Assembly (NCBI GenBank): GCA_040905925.1
Contig: JBBDQO010000012.1
Span: forward strand, 1-58,488
Source of the DNA: Acidimicrobiia bacterium
GTDB lineage: Bacteria > Actinomycetota > Acidimicrobiia > Spongiisociales > ZC4RG35
Direction of reading: 5' to 3'
Length of the DNA: 58,488 bases
Both the position numbers and the translations under genes were made by a program. Numbering within the stretch: the first letter of the stretch is position 1; each line of letters starts with the position of its first letter. Under the pieces are notes generated by a model that saw only the letters and a list, made by a program, of their open reading frames with translations, was not told the origin of the DNA and ran no database searches. Positions 1 through 9,916 of this stretch are shown here, in pieces.

Positions 1-171
1 TGCGGAATCTCAGGCGCCATGCAGCATCTTGTGGGGATGAAGGACGCCAAGACGATCATTGCCATCAACAAGGACCCAGACGCCCCGATCTTCTCCATCG
101 CCGACCTCGGTGTGGTCGGCGACGTGCACAAGGTGCTCCCCAAACTGATCGAGGCGCTGGAAAGCCGCTAG
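1..171 (+). CDS. etfA: Electron transfer flavoprotein alpha subunit, C-terminal fragment (5' end lies outside the window)
   Basis: Frame 1 reads [56 protein letters not shown] then TAG at 169-171. This is the conserved EtfA C-terminus. It is missing from the ORF track because no start codon lies in the window. Confidence 0.8.
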   Translation, partial: CGISGAMQHLVGMKDAKTIIAINKDPDAPIFSIADLGVVGDVHKVLPKLIEALESR

Positions 172-270
172 AGCCCTGCTGGGGATGGCGCAACCGTTTC
201 CGTCTTCCATGCCCTGATCAGACGAAAGGAAAAATGTCGGAATCTGGGGCGCAAACATCTTGAATCTGTC

Positions 271-1356
271 GTGGGTCGAACGTATGTTCGTGTCATGGAA
301 GTGGAAGGGTCGACCGTCGACTATCACCAGTCTGAGCTCATCCGATTGGAGGGCTTGAAGACGCAAATCGCCGCCCTCCAGATGCGGCATCTGTCCTATC
401 TCGACGAGGCACAGGTGGCCACAGCCGACGGCTCGCGATCGCTTTCGGAATGGGTCGCTGCACGACTCGACCTCAGTCTCGAGACGGCCAAGAGTCTGGT
501 GCGCACCATGCGACGCATCGAGGACCGACCCGATCTGAGAGAGTCTCTGGCGGCAGGGGAGACCACCTTCGACCGGGTGGAGGCCCTTTCCCTGATCCCT
601 GAGGACGTTGGACTGCTCGAACATCTGGACGTGGCCGGGGTGCGTCGGGAGGCCGCCCATCGGGTCAGGATCACATCCGAATCCGAGTTCCGCACCGCCG
701 ACGACCGATTCCTCGTCATCCAACCTTCACTCGACGAGTCTTGGTGGAAGGTATGGGGCGGTCTCGACGGCTTCTCGGGAGCCTTGGTCGACAAGGTGCT
801 GACTGAGGCTGCTGACCAGCTCCCCGAATTCCCTGATGGGTCCAAAGGCGACAGTTCATGGCGCAAGGCCACCGCCTTGGTCGGGCTCTGCACCTCCGAC
901 GATCCCCCACCGGCACAGGTGACTGTGTTCGTCGACGCCAAATATGCTGCCGAGAGCAACGGCCAGTCAGCGATCGTCTTGGAAGCCGGACCTCGGGTGG
1001 GCGCCGACGCTCTGACCGGGATCCTCTGTGACGCCGCCACCGAGGTGATTGCCCAAACCGAGGACGGCAGATTCATGGAATACGGTCGAAGAATTCGGAC
1101 TGCTCCACCATCATTGCGCCGCGCCGTCCTTTCCAGGGACGGCAATGTCTGCGCCGGCGACGGATGCTCCTCTCGGTACCGACTCGAGGCACATCACGTC
1201 ATCCCCTGGAGCCAGGGCGGGCGCACCGATCCCGACAACCTGATCACCCTCTGTTGGTTCCACCATCACATCGTGGTCCACGAACGAGGCTTTCAACCCT
1301 TCCGACACCCCGTTCACGGGAGAGTCCGCTTCCGGAATTCGAGCCGACCTAGCTAG
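271..1356 (+). CDS. HNH endonuclease with DUF222-type N-terminal region (actinobacterial 13E12-repeat-like family)
   Basis: C-terminus RRAVLSRDGNVCAGDGCSSRYRLEAHHVIPWSQGGRTDPDNLITLCWFHHHIVVHERGF is an HNH motif. The long helical N-terminus is typical of DUF222. An alternative ATG start lies at 295. Confidence 0.85.
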   Translation: MGRTYVRVMEVEGSTVDYHQSELIRLEGLKTQIAALQMRHLSYLDEAQVATADGSRSLSEWVAARLDLSLETAKSLVRTMRRIEDRPDLRESLAAGETTFDRVEALSLIPEDVGLLEHLDVAGVRREAAHRVRITSESEFRTADDRFLVIQPSLDESWWKVWGGLDGFSGALVDKVLTEAADQLPEFPDGSKGDSSWRKATALVGLCTSDDPPPAQVTVFVDAKYAAESNGQSAIVLEAGPRVGADALTGILCDAATEVIAQTEDGRFMEYGRRIRTAPPSLRRAVLSRDGNVCAGDGCSSRYRLEAHHVIPWSQGGRTDPDNLITLCWFHHHIVVHERGFQPFRHPVHGRVRFRNSSRPS

Positions 1357-1426
1357 GGGTGGATCTTCCCCACCACCCCGGCGCCGAGACTCGTCAAACC
1401 ATCTCCACACCTAGGGTTCTCCGCCA

Positions 1427-1948
1427 ATGAGCGAGATCCCAGCTACCTATCGCACGCCACATGGGCTCGACGCCGGTCTGCGCAAGCAGCTGCTCGCCCG
1501 AAGCAACGCGGTTCTCGCCACCATCAACTCCGATGGCTCGCCCCATCTCACTGAGCTGATCTTCTACCTCGACGACGAAGATCGGATCCTCCTGCCCACC
1601 CCGCACGCCACCAGAAAGGTCAAGAACCTCCTAGCCCGGCCCACTGTCACCGTCTTCATCTCGGTGGAGTCCGGCTGGGCTTCCTGCACCGGGACTGCCC
1701 GGGTCATCGAAGGCGAGGAAGCCGCCCGGCTCAATCAGCTCAACCGGGAACGGGTCCTGACCGAGGCCGGGATGGCGACCATGGGCCTCCTTCTCGCCGC
1801 CTACGAGAACACCACCATCGAGGTCACTCCGGAGCGTTGGATCGCCTGGAACGATGAACCCGTGCTCGACACCATCGTCTCTCTCGGCGGCGACATCGAG
1901 ACCCACCCTCCGAGCACCTGGTGGAAAGACCTGGGCACCGAGGGCTGA
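1427..1948 (+). CDS. Pyridoxamine 5'-phosphate oxidase (PPOX) family / F420-binding-type split-barrel protein
   Basis: ATINSDGSPHLTELIFYLDDEDRILLPTPHATRKVKNLLARPTVTVFI is the typical PPOX-class N-terminal pattern. Confidence 0.7.
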   Translation: MSEIPATYRTPHGLDAGLRKQLLARSNAVLATINSDGSPHLTELIFYLDDEDRILLPTPHATRKVKNLLARPTVTVFISVESGWASCTGTARVIEGEEAARLNQLNRERVLTEAGMATMGLLLAAYENTTIEVTPERWIAWNDEPVLDTIVSLGGDIETHPPSTWWKDLGTEG

Positions 1949-1951
1949 GAC

Positions 1952-2368
1952 ATGGCCGGCTACAGCAGGACCCCGCTCCCACAGAAGCTGGGGATCAAAG
2001 AGGGGATGACGATTGCCATCCTCGGTGCACCAGACAGCTTCGCCGGGACCTTGGGACGTCTACCCGCAGACGTGGCGGTCCATCACGAAATGGCGCCCTC
2101 GAACATCTTCATGGTGTTCGGTCAGTGGGCCGATGATCTCGACGAGGCATTCCACGAGGCGGCAAAGCACCTGCCGCCGGACGGGGCGATTTGGGTGGCC
2201 TGGCCCAAACGAAGCTCCGGTGTCGAAACCGACGTCACCGAGGACACCCTCAGGAACCTCTTCCTGTCATCCGGCATGGTGGATAACAAGGTGTGCGCCA
2301 TCGACGATATCTGGTCGGGTCTCCGCTTCGTGGTGCGCAAGGAAAACCGGGCCACCTGGCCCGCCTAG
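1952..2368 (+). CDS. DUF3052 domain protein
   Basis: N-terminus MAGYSRTPLPQKLGIKEGMTIAILGAP matches the characteristic GYSGTPLxxKLGIK start of DUF3052 proteins. It begins 1 nt after the stop of the preceding gene. Confidence 0.65.
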   Translation: MAGYSRTPLPQKLGIKEGMTIAILGAPDSFAGTLGRLPADVAVHHEMAPSNIFMVFGQWADDLDEAFHEAAKHLPPDGAIWVAWPKRSSGVETDVTEDTLRNLFLSSGMVDNKVCAIDDIWSGLRFVVRKENRATWPA

Positions 2369-2372
2369 GAAA

Positions 2373-2762
2373 TCAGGGCCCGAATCGATGCGGCAGAAGC
2401 TCGTCGAGAGTGTGCTCGCGGATCTCGGAGCCTGGCGCACCAGCGACGATGACCTTCTTGACCCCGAATTCAGACATGATCTGACGGCATCGCCCGCACG
2501 GGTAGGCCCCCTCGACATCCATGGCGTCGACACAGGCAACCGCCACGGTGTCGATCTTCCGCACCCCGTGACTCACCGCGGTGCTGATGGCCGTGGCCTC
2601 GGCACAGGACGAGGCGGGGTAAGCGGAATTCTCGACGTTGGCCCCGATGAACACCTCCCCGCGCTCCCCGACCACCACCGCTCCAACCCGGAAGCCGGAA
2701 TACGGGGAGTAGGACCCTTCGGCCGCGGCCCTGGCAGCGGCTGCCAGATCTTCTGTGTTCAT
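2373..2762 (-). CDS. cdd: Cytidine deaminase
   Basis: SPYSGFRVGAVV...NVENSAYPASSCAEATAI...PCGRCRQIMSEF shows the CAE and PCGxCRQ zinc-binding motifs. ATGA overlap with the ftsY stop. Confidence 0.9.
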   Translation of the reverse strand: MNTEDLAAAARAAAEGSYSPYSGFRVGAVVVGERGEVFIGANVENSAYPASSCAEATAISTAVSHGVRKIDTVAVACVDAMDVEGAYPCGRCRQIMSEFGVKKVIVAGAPGSEIREHTLDELLPHRFGP

Positions 2763-3748
2763 GAACCCTCCAAGAGATCTTCGACGAACCTATCCGGATC
2801 GAACCGGACGAGGTCGTCGATGCCTTCGCCGACACCCACCAGCTTCACCGGAACTCCGAGCTGACGCTCGATCGCGATCACGATCCCACCCTTGGCCGTC
2901 CCGTCCAGTTTGGTGAGAACGATGCCGCTCACCGGGACCGCTTCAGAGAACTCTCTCACCTGAGCGATCCCGTTTTGACCGGCGGTGGCGTCGAGCACCA
3001 GCAGCACCTCGTCAACTGTCCCCCTCTCCCCCGCCGCGACCCGATGGATCTTGCTCATCTCCGCCATCAGGTTCTTCTTGGCGTGAAGGCGGCCGGCGGT
3101 GTCGACGATGACGACGTCGACGCCCTTCGCCCGAGCCGAGTTGATGGCATCGAAGGCGACGGACGCCGGGTCACCGCCTTCCTGGCCACCGACCACGTCG
3201 ACGGCAAGGCGATCACCCCAGGTCTGGAGTTGGGCCCCTGCCGCTGCCCGAAAGGTGTCGGCCGCCGCCAGGATCACCTTCTTGCCCTCCCCCTCGAGTC
3301 GGGCAGCGAGCTTGGCGATTGTGGTGGTTTTCCCGGTCCCATTGACCCCGACCACCAGGATGACCGACGGGTCACCGACGAGGTGGAGCTCACGCTCCTT
3401 GTCCCCCAATTCGAGCCGGAGTTGGCGGGCGAGCTGTTCTCGGGCCTGGTCCGCGTTCTCCGGGCGCGCCGAGCGAACACTCCGGACGATGGCGGCACTG
3501 GCATCGATCCCGACATCGGCGGCGAGCATGGCCTCCTCCAGATCCGCCCAGGTCTGCTCACCGACACCGGATCCCAGGACCTGTCGCAGCGATGCCCCCA
3601 AGGAGCCTTGCCCCCAACCCGCACCAGGAGTCGGGCTTTTCCCGGGCGAAACGGGGGACGCGGCACGGCCTCTGAGCACCAAGGTCACAACGGCGACCGC
3701 GACGATCACCGCGACGGCGATGACGACGACGATGGTTGTGGTGTCCAT
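2759..3748 (-). CDS. ftsY: Signal recognition particle receptor FtsY with an N-terminal TM helix
   Basis: GVNGTGKTTTIAKLA, DTAGRLH and TKLDGTAKGG are the SRP GTPase motifs. The N-terminus is hydrophobic. Confidence 0.95.
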   Translation of the reverse strand: MDTTTIVVVIAVAVIVAVAVVTLVLRGRAASPVSPGKSPTPGAGWGQGSLGASLRQVLGSGVGEQTWADLEEAMLAADVGIDASAAIVRSVRSARPENADQAREQLARQLRLELGDKERELHLVGDPSVILVVGVNGTGKTTTIAKLAARLEGEGKKVILAAADTFRAAAGAQLQTWGDRLAVDVVGGQEGGDPASVAFDAINSARAKGVDVVIVDTAGRLHAKKNLMAEMSKIHRVAAGERGTVDEVLLVLDATAGQNGIAQVREFSEAVPVSGIVLTKLDGTAKGGIVIAIERQLGVPVKLVGVGEGIDDLVRFDPDRFVEDLLEGS

Positions 3749-3767
3749 TGGAAGCGTGAAACTACCG

Positions 3768-6700
3768 CTACGAAAGCTGCTCGGCGCCCACCATGGTCAT
3801 GTCCTTGCGCACGGCCTGCGAGGAGCCGCCCGGCTCCATCGTGACGCCGTAGAGGACATCGGCCGCTTCCATCGTCTGATGTTGATGGGTCACGATGAGA
3901 AGCTGGGCGCGCTGGCGAAACTCGTCGACTATCCGGAGGAATCGTCGGAGATTGGCGTCGTCGAGAGCGGCCTCCACCTCGTCGAGCACATAGAACGGGC
4001 TGGGACGGGCCTCGAAAACCGAGAACAGGAAGGCCAATGCGGCCAGGCTTCGCTCACCGCCCGACAACAAGCTGAGCTGGCTGACTTTCTTGCCGAGAGG
4101 CTGGGCCTCGATCATGATCCCGGCCTCGGGATCGGCTCCATCGGTCAGCCTGATCCGACCCCGGCCACCCGGGAACAGGACCGTGAAATAGCGCTGGTAG
4201 GCCTCGGCTACCTCGTGGAAGGCCTCCTGGAACCGATGCTCGATCTCCTCGTCGAGGGCCCGGATCACCTTGCGCAACTCGGCGCGAGACGACTCGACGT
4301 CGGCGAGCTGGTCGGAGAGGAATGTGTGGCGCTCGTCGAGCTCTGCGAACTCCACCGCCGCCAGGGGGTTGATCGGGCCGAGACGGCGTAGCTGGGCAAT
4401 CCTCTCCTCGAGGAGCCCCTCGAGGTCGGCGTCAGCGGGAAGTTCTGGGCGCTCGGCCTCCAGCGCCAGCTCGATATCGGCGTCGGCGTCGCGCCGGACA
4501 CCCTCCACGACATTCTCCCGACGGAGACGCAATTCGGTGAGACGGACCTGGAGCTCGCTCAAACGCTCCCGTGACTTGGCGATCCTGTCCCTCGACGCCT
4601 CTTGATCGGTCCGGGCCGTGTCCAGATCGGTGATCGTCGCCTGATGAGATTCACGAAGATCGGTCTGACGGTGACGCAACTCGTCGAGACGGGTCTGCAG
4701 GACCTCGACACCGCGTCGGGCGTACCTCTCCACAACATCGAGAGTCGCGGCGCTGTCGGTGCCTTCCGGTCCGGTTTCAACACGCATCATGTCCGACTCG
4801 ATGCGTGTGATTCGCTCCTGCAGCAGACGCCGTCGCTCGATGATCGCCTGCAATGTGGTGGCAGTCTCCTGCCATTCCGACCGAGCCTGCTCTTTATCGG
4901 CGGCCAGCTGGGTTCGGCGAGCCTCCAGCTCCTCCCAGACCCTCATCCGCTCGGCTTCCTCACCTTCGAGTGACCGGAGACGGTGCTGCAGGTCGACGAT
5001 CTGGCGTTCGCGATCGATTACCCCTTCGACCACCGAGCTGCGTCGCTGGGCGAGGCGCGAGCGCTCGCCCTCGAGCACGTCGACCGACTTCTGAAGACGG
5101 GCCATGGCCTCGGTGCGCCCTGACAACCCGGTCTCAGCCGATTCCAACTCCTCGAGGGCGCTGCGCTCGAGGTCCCGGCTCTTCTCGAAGTCACGTTTGG
5201 CCGCCGTGTGAATCGACACCGCTCTCGACAGCTCGGTCTCGGCGGATTCGAGATCGACTTGGGCAGACTCGAGCATCGCCGGCCCGGCTCCGTCCGGAGA
5301 GGCGATCTGCACCCCATCTGAGGAAACCAAGTCACCCTCAGGTGTGACCGCTCGCAAGTCAGGATGCCCTGAGACCATGGACCAGGCCGCGGTCCAGCCC
5401 TCAACCAGGATGACGTCGCCCAACAGATGGCTGGCCAGACCTCGGTCGGCGTCCGGCCCGAGCCGGTCGACGAGGACCTCGACGCCCGCGGTCCGCGCAA
5501 CCGACCGGGCCGGGACTGCCTCGCGGCTGGCTGTGGCAACCACGGGCACCCCGCCGCCGCCTGACGCCTTCACCGCTTCGACCGCGCCCTGCAATGACTC
5601 GACGCCGTCGAAGGCGACCGCATCAGCCCACCGACCCAGGGCCGCATCGACTGCCTGCTCGAGATCGACCGGGATGTCGAGCAACGAGATCAAGCTCCCC
5701 TTCGCCCCTGGCGCCGACTCGATCGATCGGCGCGCATCCCGGTCGAAGCGCCCCGCCAGAGCGGCGGTGACCGCCTCGACGCGGGCTCGGGTAGCTGCCA
5801 CGACGAGTCTGGCGTCAATCAGGCCCTCCTCGGCCTTCGACCAGGTCTCCTGATCGGTCGCACGACGGCGCGTCGCCAGATCGAACACCGTCTGGAGCTT
5901 GACGACCTTCTCGTCGATCGAGCGCACTTCCCCATTGAGGCCGGATATCTCGGTGGATTCGTCGCGAAGCTGCCCGTCCACGACGTCGAGCCGGTGGGAG
6001 ATGGCCTCCAACTCCCGGTCGTCACGAACTCCTGCCGCCTCGAGCACGCTCAACTCGCCGCGCACGGCAGCCACTGCACCTTCCGCCGACAACGCATTCT
6101 GAGTGGCGACGACCCGCTCCTCGTCCTCCAGGCGCCTGAACCGCGCCTCCCGGGCATCGGTCTCGCTGGCGGCCTCCGCAGCCGCTGATTCCATCCCGCT
6201 CAGCTCCCCGCGAATCGAGGACAGCTCGGCTTCCAGATCGGTCCGGCGCTCGATGGTGGCCTGGAGCCTTCCCGAAGCCGCTCGACTCCGCTCATGAGCA
6301 ACCGAGGCCATACGGCGAAGCCGCTCGGTTGTCGTCTCGAGCAGGGCAGCCGCACCGGTGTCACGCTCGAGCTCGCGCCCCAAATTCGACGCACGGGCGC
6401 CGAGGGCGCTGACCCGGTCGCCGATCTCGACCACCTCGCTCTCGTCTCCCGTGACCTCGGCGGTGAGCCTCTGGTGCTCCTCCCGGGCGCTCACCGTCTC
6501 CTCGTCGAGCTCCCGCAGCTGCGCACCAGACAGATAGAGCCGGAGCGAGCGGACTTCGTTCCGGAGCCCGTCATAGCTGGCAGCGGCACGGGCTTGACGG
6601 CGCAAGGGTCGGAGCTGACGCTCGATTTCCCCCAGCAGGTCCTGGAGGCGAAGGACGTCCTCGTCGGTTCGCTCCAGCCTCCGCTCGGCCTTTTCCTTGC

Positions 6701-7217
6701 GTCTGCGATGTTTGAGGATGCCTGCCGCTTCCTCGATCACCGCCCGATGATCCTCCGGAGAGGCGTTGAGCACCGAGTCGATCTGCCCCTGGCCGATGAT
6801 CACATGCTGATGACGGCCTACCCCCGAGTCACTGAGAAGCTCCTGGATGTCCAACAGCCGACAGTTGACGCCATTGATCTCGTAATCGCTCGATCCGTCC
6901 CGATACAGACGTCGGGCAATGGCGACCTCATCGAGGTCGAGGGGTAGTCGCCGCTCGGCGTTGTCGATCACCAACACCGCCTCGGCGCGATTCAGAGCCG
7001 GCCGGGTGGCGGTGCCTGCGAAAACCACGTCCTCCATCTTCCCGGTGCGCAGGGTCTTGGTGGACTGAGTGCCCAGCACCCAGGAGAGCGCGTCGACCAG
7101 GTTCGACTTACCGGAGCCGTTCGGCCCGACGATCACGGTGACCCCGGGGCGGAACTCGAGACGCGTCCGGTCAGCGAAAGACTTGAAACCGACGAGCTTG
7201 AGTGACTTCAAATACAC
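3768..7217 (-). CDS. smc: Chromosome segregation protein SMC
   Basis: 1149 aa. N-terminal GPNGSGKSN Walker A, long coiled coils and hinge, C-terminal LSGGERSLAALAFLF signature plus FYVLDEVEAALD Walker B. GTG start. Confidence 0.95.
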   Translation of the reverse strand: MYLKSLKLVGFKSFADRTRLEFRPGVTVIVGPNGSGKSNLVDALSWVLGTQSTKTLRTGKMEDVVFAGTATRPALNRAEAVLVIDNAERRLPLDLDEVAIARRLYRDGSSDYEINGVNCRLLDIQELLSDSGVGRHQHVIIGQGQIDSVLNASPEDHRAVIEEAAGILKHRRRKEKAERRLERTDEDVLRLQDLLGEIERQLRPLRRQARAAASYDGLRNEVRSLRLYLSGAQLRELDEETVSAREEHQRLTAEVTGDESEVVEIGDRVSALGARASNLGRELERDTGAAALLETTTERLRRMASVAHERSRAASGRLQATIERRTDLEAELSSIRGELSGMESAAAEAASETDAREARFRRLEDEERVVATQNALSAEGAVAAVRGELSVLEAAGVRDDRELEAISHRLDVVDGQLRDESTEISGLNGEVRSIDEKVVKLQTVFDLATRRRATDQETWSKAEEGLIDARLVVAATRARVEAVTAALAGRFDRDARRSIESAPGAKGSLISLLDIPVDLEQAVDAALGRWADAVAFDGVESLQGAVEAVKASGGGGVPVVATASREAVPARSVARTAGVEVLVDRLGPDADRGLASHLLGDVILVEGWTAAWSMVSGHPDLRAVTPEGDLVSSDGVQIASPDGAGPAMLESAQVDLESAETELSRAVSIHTAAKRDFEKSRDLERSALEELESAETGLSGRTEAMARLQKSVDVLEGERSRLAQRRSSVVEGVIDRERQIVDLQHRLRSLEGEEAERMRVWEELEARRTQLAADKEQARSEWQETATTLQAIIERRRLLQERITRIESDMMRVETGPEGTDSAATLDVVERYARRGVEVLQTRLDELRHRQTDLRESHQATITDLDTARTDQEASRDRIAKSRERLSELQVRLTELRLRRENVVEGVRRDADADIELALEAERPELPADADLEGLLEERIAQLRRLGPINPLAAVEFAELDERHTFLSDQLADVESSRAELRKVIRALDEEIEHRFQEAFHEVAEAYQRYFTVLFPGGRGRIRLTDGADPEAGIMIEAQPLGKKVSQLSLLSGGERSLAALAFLFSVFEARPSPFYVLDEVEAALDDANLRRFLRIVDEFRQRAQLLIVTHQHQTMEAADVLYGVTMEPGGSSQAVRKDMTMVGAEQLS

Positions 7218-7279
7218 AGTGATTCCCTGGCAAATGACACGACTGTGATTATCGGTTCAGGCTAACAGCGAAGCGCTGC

Positions 7280-7576
7280 TCAGCGGCTCTTACTCGGGTC
7301 GGCGTGGATGAAGAAGTCCTTCAGTGTCTGATCTCCCGACACCGGCTCGGACTCGACTCCGGTGACCCAGGCACCGGCCGGGCCGGTCCACAGCCAGCTC
7401 ACCAGCTGGTCGAGTTGCTCGGCGTTACCCTGGGCAAGGACCTCGACCCGCCCGTCGGCCAGGTTCTGCACCCAACCCACCAGGCCAAGTGAGCGCGCCA
7501 TCTGCCGACAGCTCTGCCGAAACCCAACCTGCTGCACCCTGCCGCTGACGACAGCACGAACTGTCTTCTGACTCAT
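7280..7576 (-). CDS. acyP: Acylphosphatase
   Basis: VSGRVQQVGFRQSCRQMARSLGLVGWVQNLADGRVEV is the acylphosphatase signature. The ATG at 7576 overlaps the mutM stop (ATGA). Confidence 0.85.
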   Translation of the reverse strand: MSQKTVRAVVSGRVQQVGFRQSCRQMARSLGLVGWVQNLADGRVEVLAQGNAEQLDQLVSWLWTGPAGAWVTGVESEPVSGDQTLKDFFIHADPSKSR

Positions 7577-8409
7577 GGGGCAGGCTGGCACAAAGGGCAG
7601 AAATGGCTAGACCGCCCGCGAACAACGATGCGCTCGATGGGTGTCCCGCAACGGGCACAGGGGAGGTCGGTACGGCCATAGATCAGGAGGCGGTCGAGGT
7701 TTTCCCCTGCCCTCCCGTCGGGAAGCAGATAGGCCAGGTCATCGAGACTCGTCCCACCGTTCTCGATCGCCGTCGTCAGCACCTGAACCACCGCAGATCG
7801 CAAGCGCTCCAACTGCGGAGGTGAGAGCGAATTGCCCGGTCGGAGGGGGTGGATACCGGCGATATGCAGGGCTTCGTCGGCATAGATGTTGCCCAACCCC
7901 GAGATCGGGCCCTGATCCAGGAGAAGCGCCTTGATCGGCGCGGTTCTCCGGGCCAAGGCCCCCACCAGCTGGTCGGTGGTCGACAGCTCGAGCCAGGCAT
8001 CGGGGCCCAGTCGGGCCACACCGGATTCTCTCAGTTCATCATCGGTGAAGACCGCCACGAATCCGAAGGTGCGCGGATCGACGAAGCGGATCTCGGTTCC
8101 GTCATCGAGCAAGGCCCGGAAATGGGTGTGTGCCGCCAGCGGAACCTGCTCGGTCTCCACGGCAAACCGCCCCGACATCCCGAGGTGTGCCACCAGTGTC
8201 TGGCCGTCGTCCAGGGGAGCGACCAGGAACTTCCCCTTGCGACCGACCGACTTCACCCGGCGCCCGACAAGCCGCTGCTCCACCTCGAAGGGCGCCCCGT
8301 TGTGCCGGGAGGTGCGCACGTGAGTGACGGTCACCGAGACGATGACGTGGCCTGCCATGGCGTCATCGAGGTGACGCCGTGTGATCTCGACTTCGGGGAG
8401 CTCGGGCAC
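7573..8409 (-). CDS. mutM: Formamidopyrimidine-DNA glycosylase (Fpg/MutM)
   Basis: After the GTG at 8409 the protein starts PELPEVE, the catalytic N-terminal Pro-Glu. It has a C-terminal CxxC...CxxC zinc finger (CARCGTPIERIVVRGRSSHFCPLCQ). The 456-aa ORF in the track is an upstream read-through artefact. Confidence 0.9.
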   Translation of the reverse strand: MPELPEVEITRRHLDDAMAGHVIVSVTVTHVRTSRHNGAPFEVEQRLVGRRVKSVGRKGKFLVAPLDDGQTLVAHLGMSGRFAVETEQVPLAAHTHFRALLDDGTEIRFVDPRTFGFVAVFTDDELRESGVARLGPDAWLELSTTDQLVGALARRTAPIKALLLDQGPISGLGNIYADEALHIAGIHPLRPGNSLSPPQLERLRSAVVQVLTTAIENGGTSLDDLAYLLPDGRAGENLDRLLIYGRTDLPCARCGTPIERIVVRGRSSHFCPLCQPAP

Positions 8410-8451
8410 GCATCTTCTCCATGACGACGGCGGGTTACCGTACCCCGCCCC

Positions 8452-9258
8452 ATGCCGATGACACCACGTAGCCCCGGCGAGGTCCTGACAGCCGGGATCA
8501 GCATGCTGACGAGGATCTGGAAGAGCCTGGTGGCCCCCTCGATCGGTGCCTTCATCCCGCTCGGCGCTTTGACCCTGCTCGTTTTCCAGATGACCGGGGC
8601 CAACGAGTTCCTCAGCCTCACTCTCAACGACCCGGAGGCGTTGGAGGCGATGACCACTGAAGAGTTTTTCGAGGTGGCGGTCCCGTTCGTCAACGCGGTA
8701 TTCATAGGGCTGCCGTTGCAGATCCTGGCTTCGGCGTTCATCGGCGTAGCTACCAGCCGCGTTGTCGCCGCCGAGATCGATGGTGAGCCGATCACCGGAG
8801 GCGCCGCTAGCCGTTTTGCGTTCAGCCGAATGGCGCTTCTGGTTGCAACCGGGGTCCTCGCCGCGGCCGGGCTCTCGCTCGGTCTGGTGCTGCTCGTCAT
8901 CCCGGGGATCTGGTTGGCCGTGTCGGTAGCCATGCTCCCCCATGTCGTCGCATTGGAGGATCGAGGGGTGATCGGGTCGCTGTCACGGAGCATCACGCTG
9001 GTTCGGGGCCGCTGGTGGCCCACGCTCGGCTATCTGCTTTTGGTGGGTCTGATGGGATCGGTTGCCGGCGGGCTGTTGCAGTTCGTAGCCGTTCCCCTGG
9101 TGGCCGTCGGCGACATCTCGACCGGTCTCGCCCTTGTCTTCGTCACCGGGCTCGTCTTCCAAGGTGTGGTGATGGCTGCGATCGCGGTGATGACCACGAT
9201 GTGGTATTTCGACCTGCGGGCGCGCCAGGAAGGAGCGGTCAGCCAGAGCCTGACCTGA
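8452..9258 (+). CDS. Hypothetical polytopic membrane protein
   Basis: About six hydrophobic segments and sensible codon usage. It occupies the region that the spurious mutM extension covers on the other strand. No family recognised. Confidence 0.6.
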   Translation: MPMTPRSPGEVLTAGISMLTRIWKSLVAPSIGAFIPLGALTLLVFQMTGANEFLSLTLNDPEALEAMTTEEFFEVAVPFVNAVFIGLPLQILASAFIGVATSRVVAAEIDGEPITGGAASRFAFSRMALLVATGVLAAAGLSLGLVLLVIPGIWLAVSVAMLPHVVALEDRGVIGSLSRSITLVRGRWWPTLGYLLLVGLMGSVAGGLLQFVAVPLVAVGDISTGLALVFVTGLVFQGVVMAAIAVMTTMWYFDLRARQEGAVSQSLT

Positions 9259-9916
9259 GCATTTCGAGGGCCTGGCGGGCAGCCTCCTGCTCGGCCTCCT
9301 TCTTGGAGCGGCCGGTGCCGCGCCCGGCCTCGATGCCGGACACGGCGACCCACGCGGTGAACATCCGTTCATGGTCGGGACCGGTTCCCTCGGTGCTGTA
9401 CTCAGGTATTTGACCGTCTTTAGCCAGCACTTCCTGCAGCCTGGTCTTGTAGTCCTTGACCCCAGGGCTCTTGGCCCGTTCCCCGACCCGATCACCCCAG
9501 AGACGTTCGATGAGGTCGCCGACCTTCTCGATGCCCCCGTCGAGGTAGACGGCTCCGATGACGGCCTCCATGGCGTCCGCGAGGATCGAGTCCTTTTCCC
9601 GACCGCCGGATCGCTCCTCGGCATGAGCCAACTCGATGTGACGCCCGAGGCCGATCGTTCGCGCCACGTCTGCCAACGTCGGGCGGCTGACCAGAGCCGC
9701 CCGGATCTTGGCCATCTGCCCCTCTGCCAAGCGGGGGTAATCCCGATAGAGACGGTCGGTGATCACCAACTGCAGGACGGCGTCGCCGAGGAATTCGAGC
9801 CTTTCGTTGTCTTGGCGGGCGGGGTCATCGGCACTGACCGAGCGATGGCTCAGCGACAGACTCAGGAGCTCGGGATTGGCGAATACGTATCGGAGCTCGT
9901 CGTCGAGCGATGTCAC
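9239..9916 (-). CDS. rnc: Ribonuclease III
   Basis: NERLEFLGDAVL is the RNase III signature, followed by a C-terminal dsRBD (GPDHERMFTAWV...GRSKKEAEQEAA). The GTG at 9916 overlaps the plsX TGA (GTGA). Confidence 0.9.
   Translation of the reverse strand: MTSLDDELRYVFANPELLSLSLSHRSVSADDPARQDNERLEFLGDAVLQLVITDRLYRDYPRLAEGQMAKIRAALVSRPTLADVARTIGLGRHIELAHAEERSGGREKDSILADAMEAVIGAVYLDGGIEKVGDLIERLWGDRVGERAKSPGVKDYKTRLQEVLAKDGQIPEYSTEGTGPDHERMFTAWVAVSGIEAGRGTGRSKKEAEQEAARQALEMLRSGSG

Noticed and set aside
3-275. Similarity between etfA coding sequence 3-36 and the region 238-275 upstream of the HNH gene, read as a target-site duplication
   Set aside because: Only about 20 of 30 positions match, with gaps. 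That is within what chance can give in biased high-G+C sequence. It is mentioned under the HNH finding but not claimed as a repeat feature.
10-723. A 237-aa minus-strand ORF overlapping the etfA 3' end and the HNH gene
   Set aside because: It runs antisense to two well-supported genes and its composition is Gly/Arg/Pro-rich. This is a typical shadow ORF of high-G+C DNA. The same applies to many other long track ORFs, for example 3099-4391(+), 21596-23977(+), 34531-35691(-), 35755-37029(-), 38108-38917(-), 39507-40628(-), 43026-44069(+), 45660-46355(+) and 47952-48896(-).
7573-8943. A 456-aa ORF suggesting a very long N-terminal extension on MutM
   Set aside because: Fpg needs an N-terminal Pro after Met removal. 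A GTG at 8409 gives exactly (M)PELPEVE. The upstream extension is low-complexity and overlaps a credible plus-strand membrane gene. Similar trimming was applied to 9239-10075, 11086-11730, 11579-12229, 41722-43023, 47055-50111, 49586-50545, 52232-53500, 55909-57009, 56385-57623 and 57553-58446.
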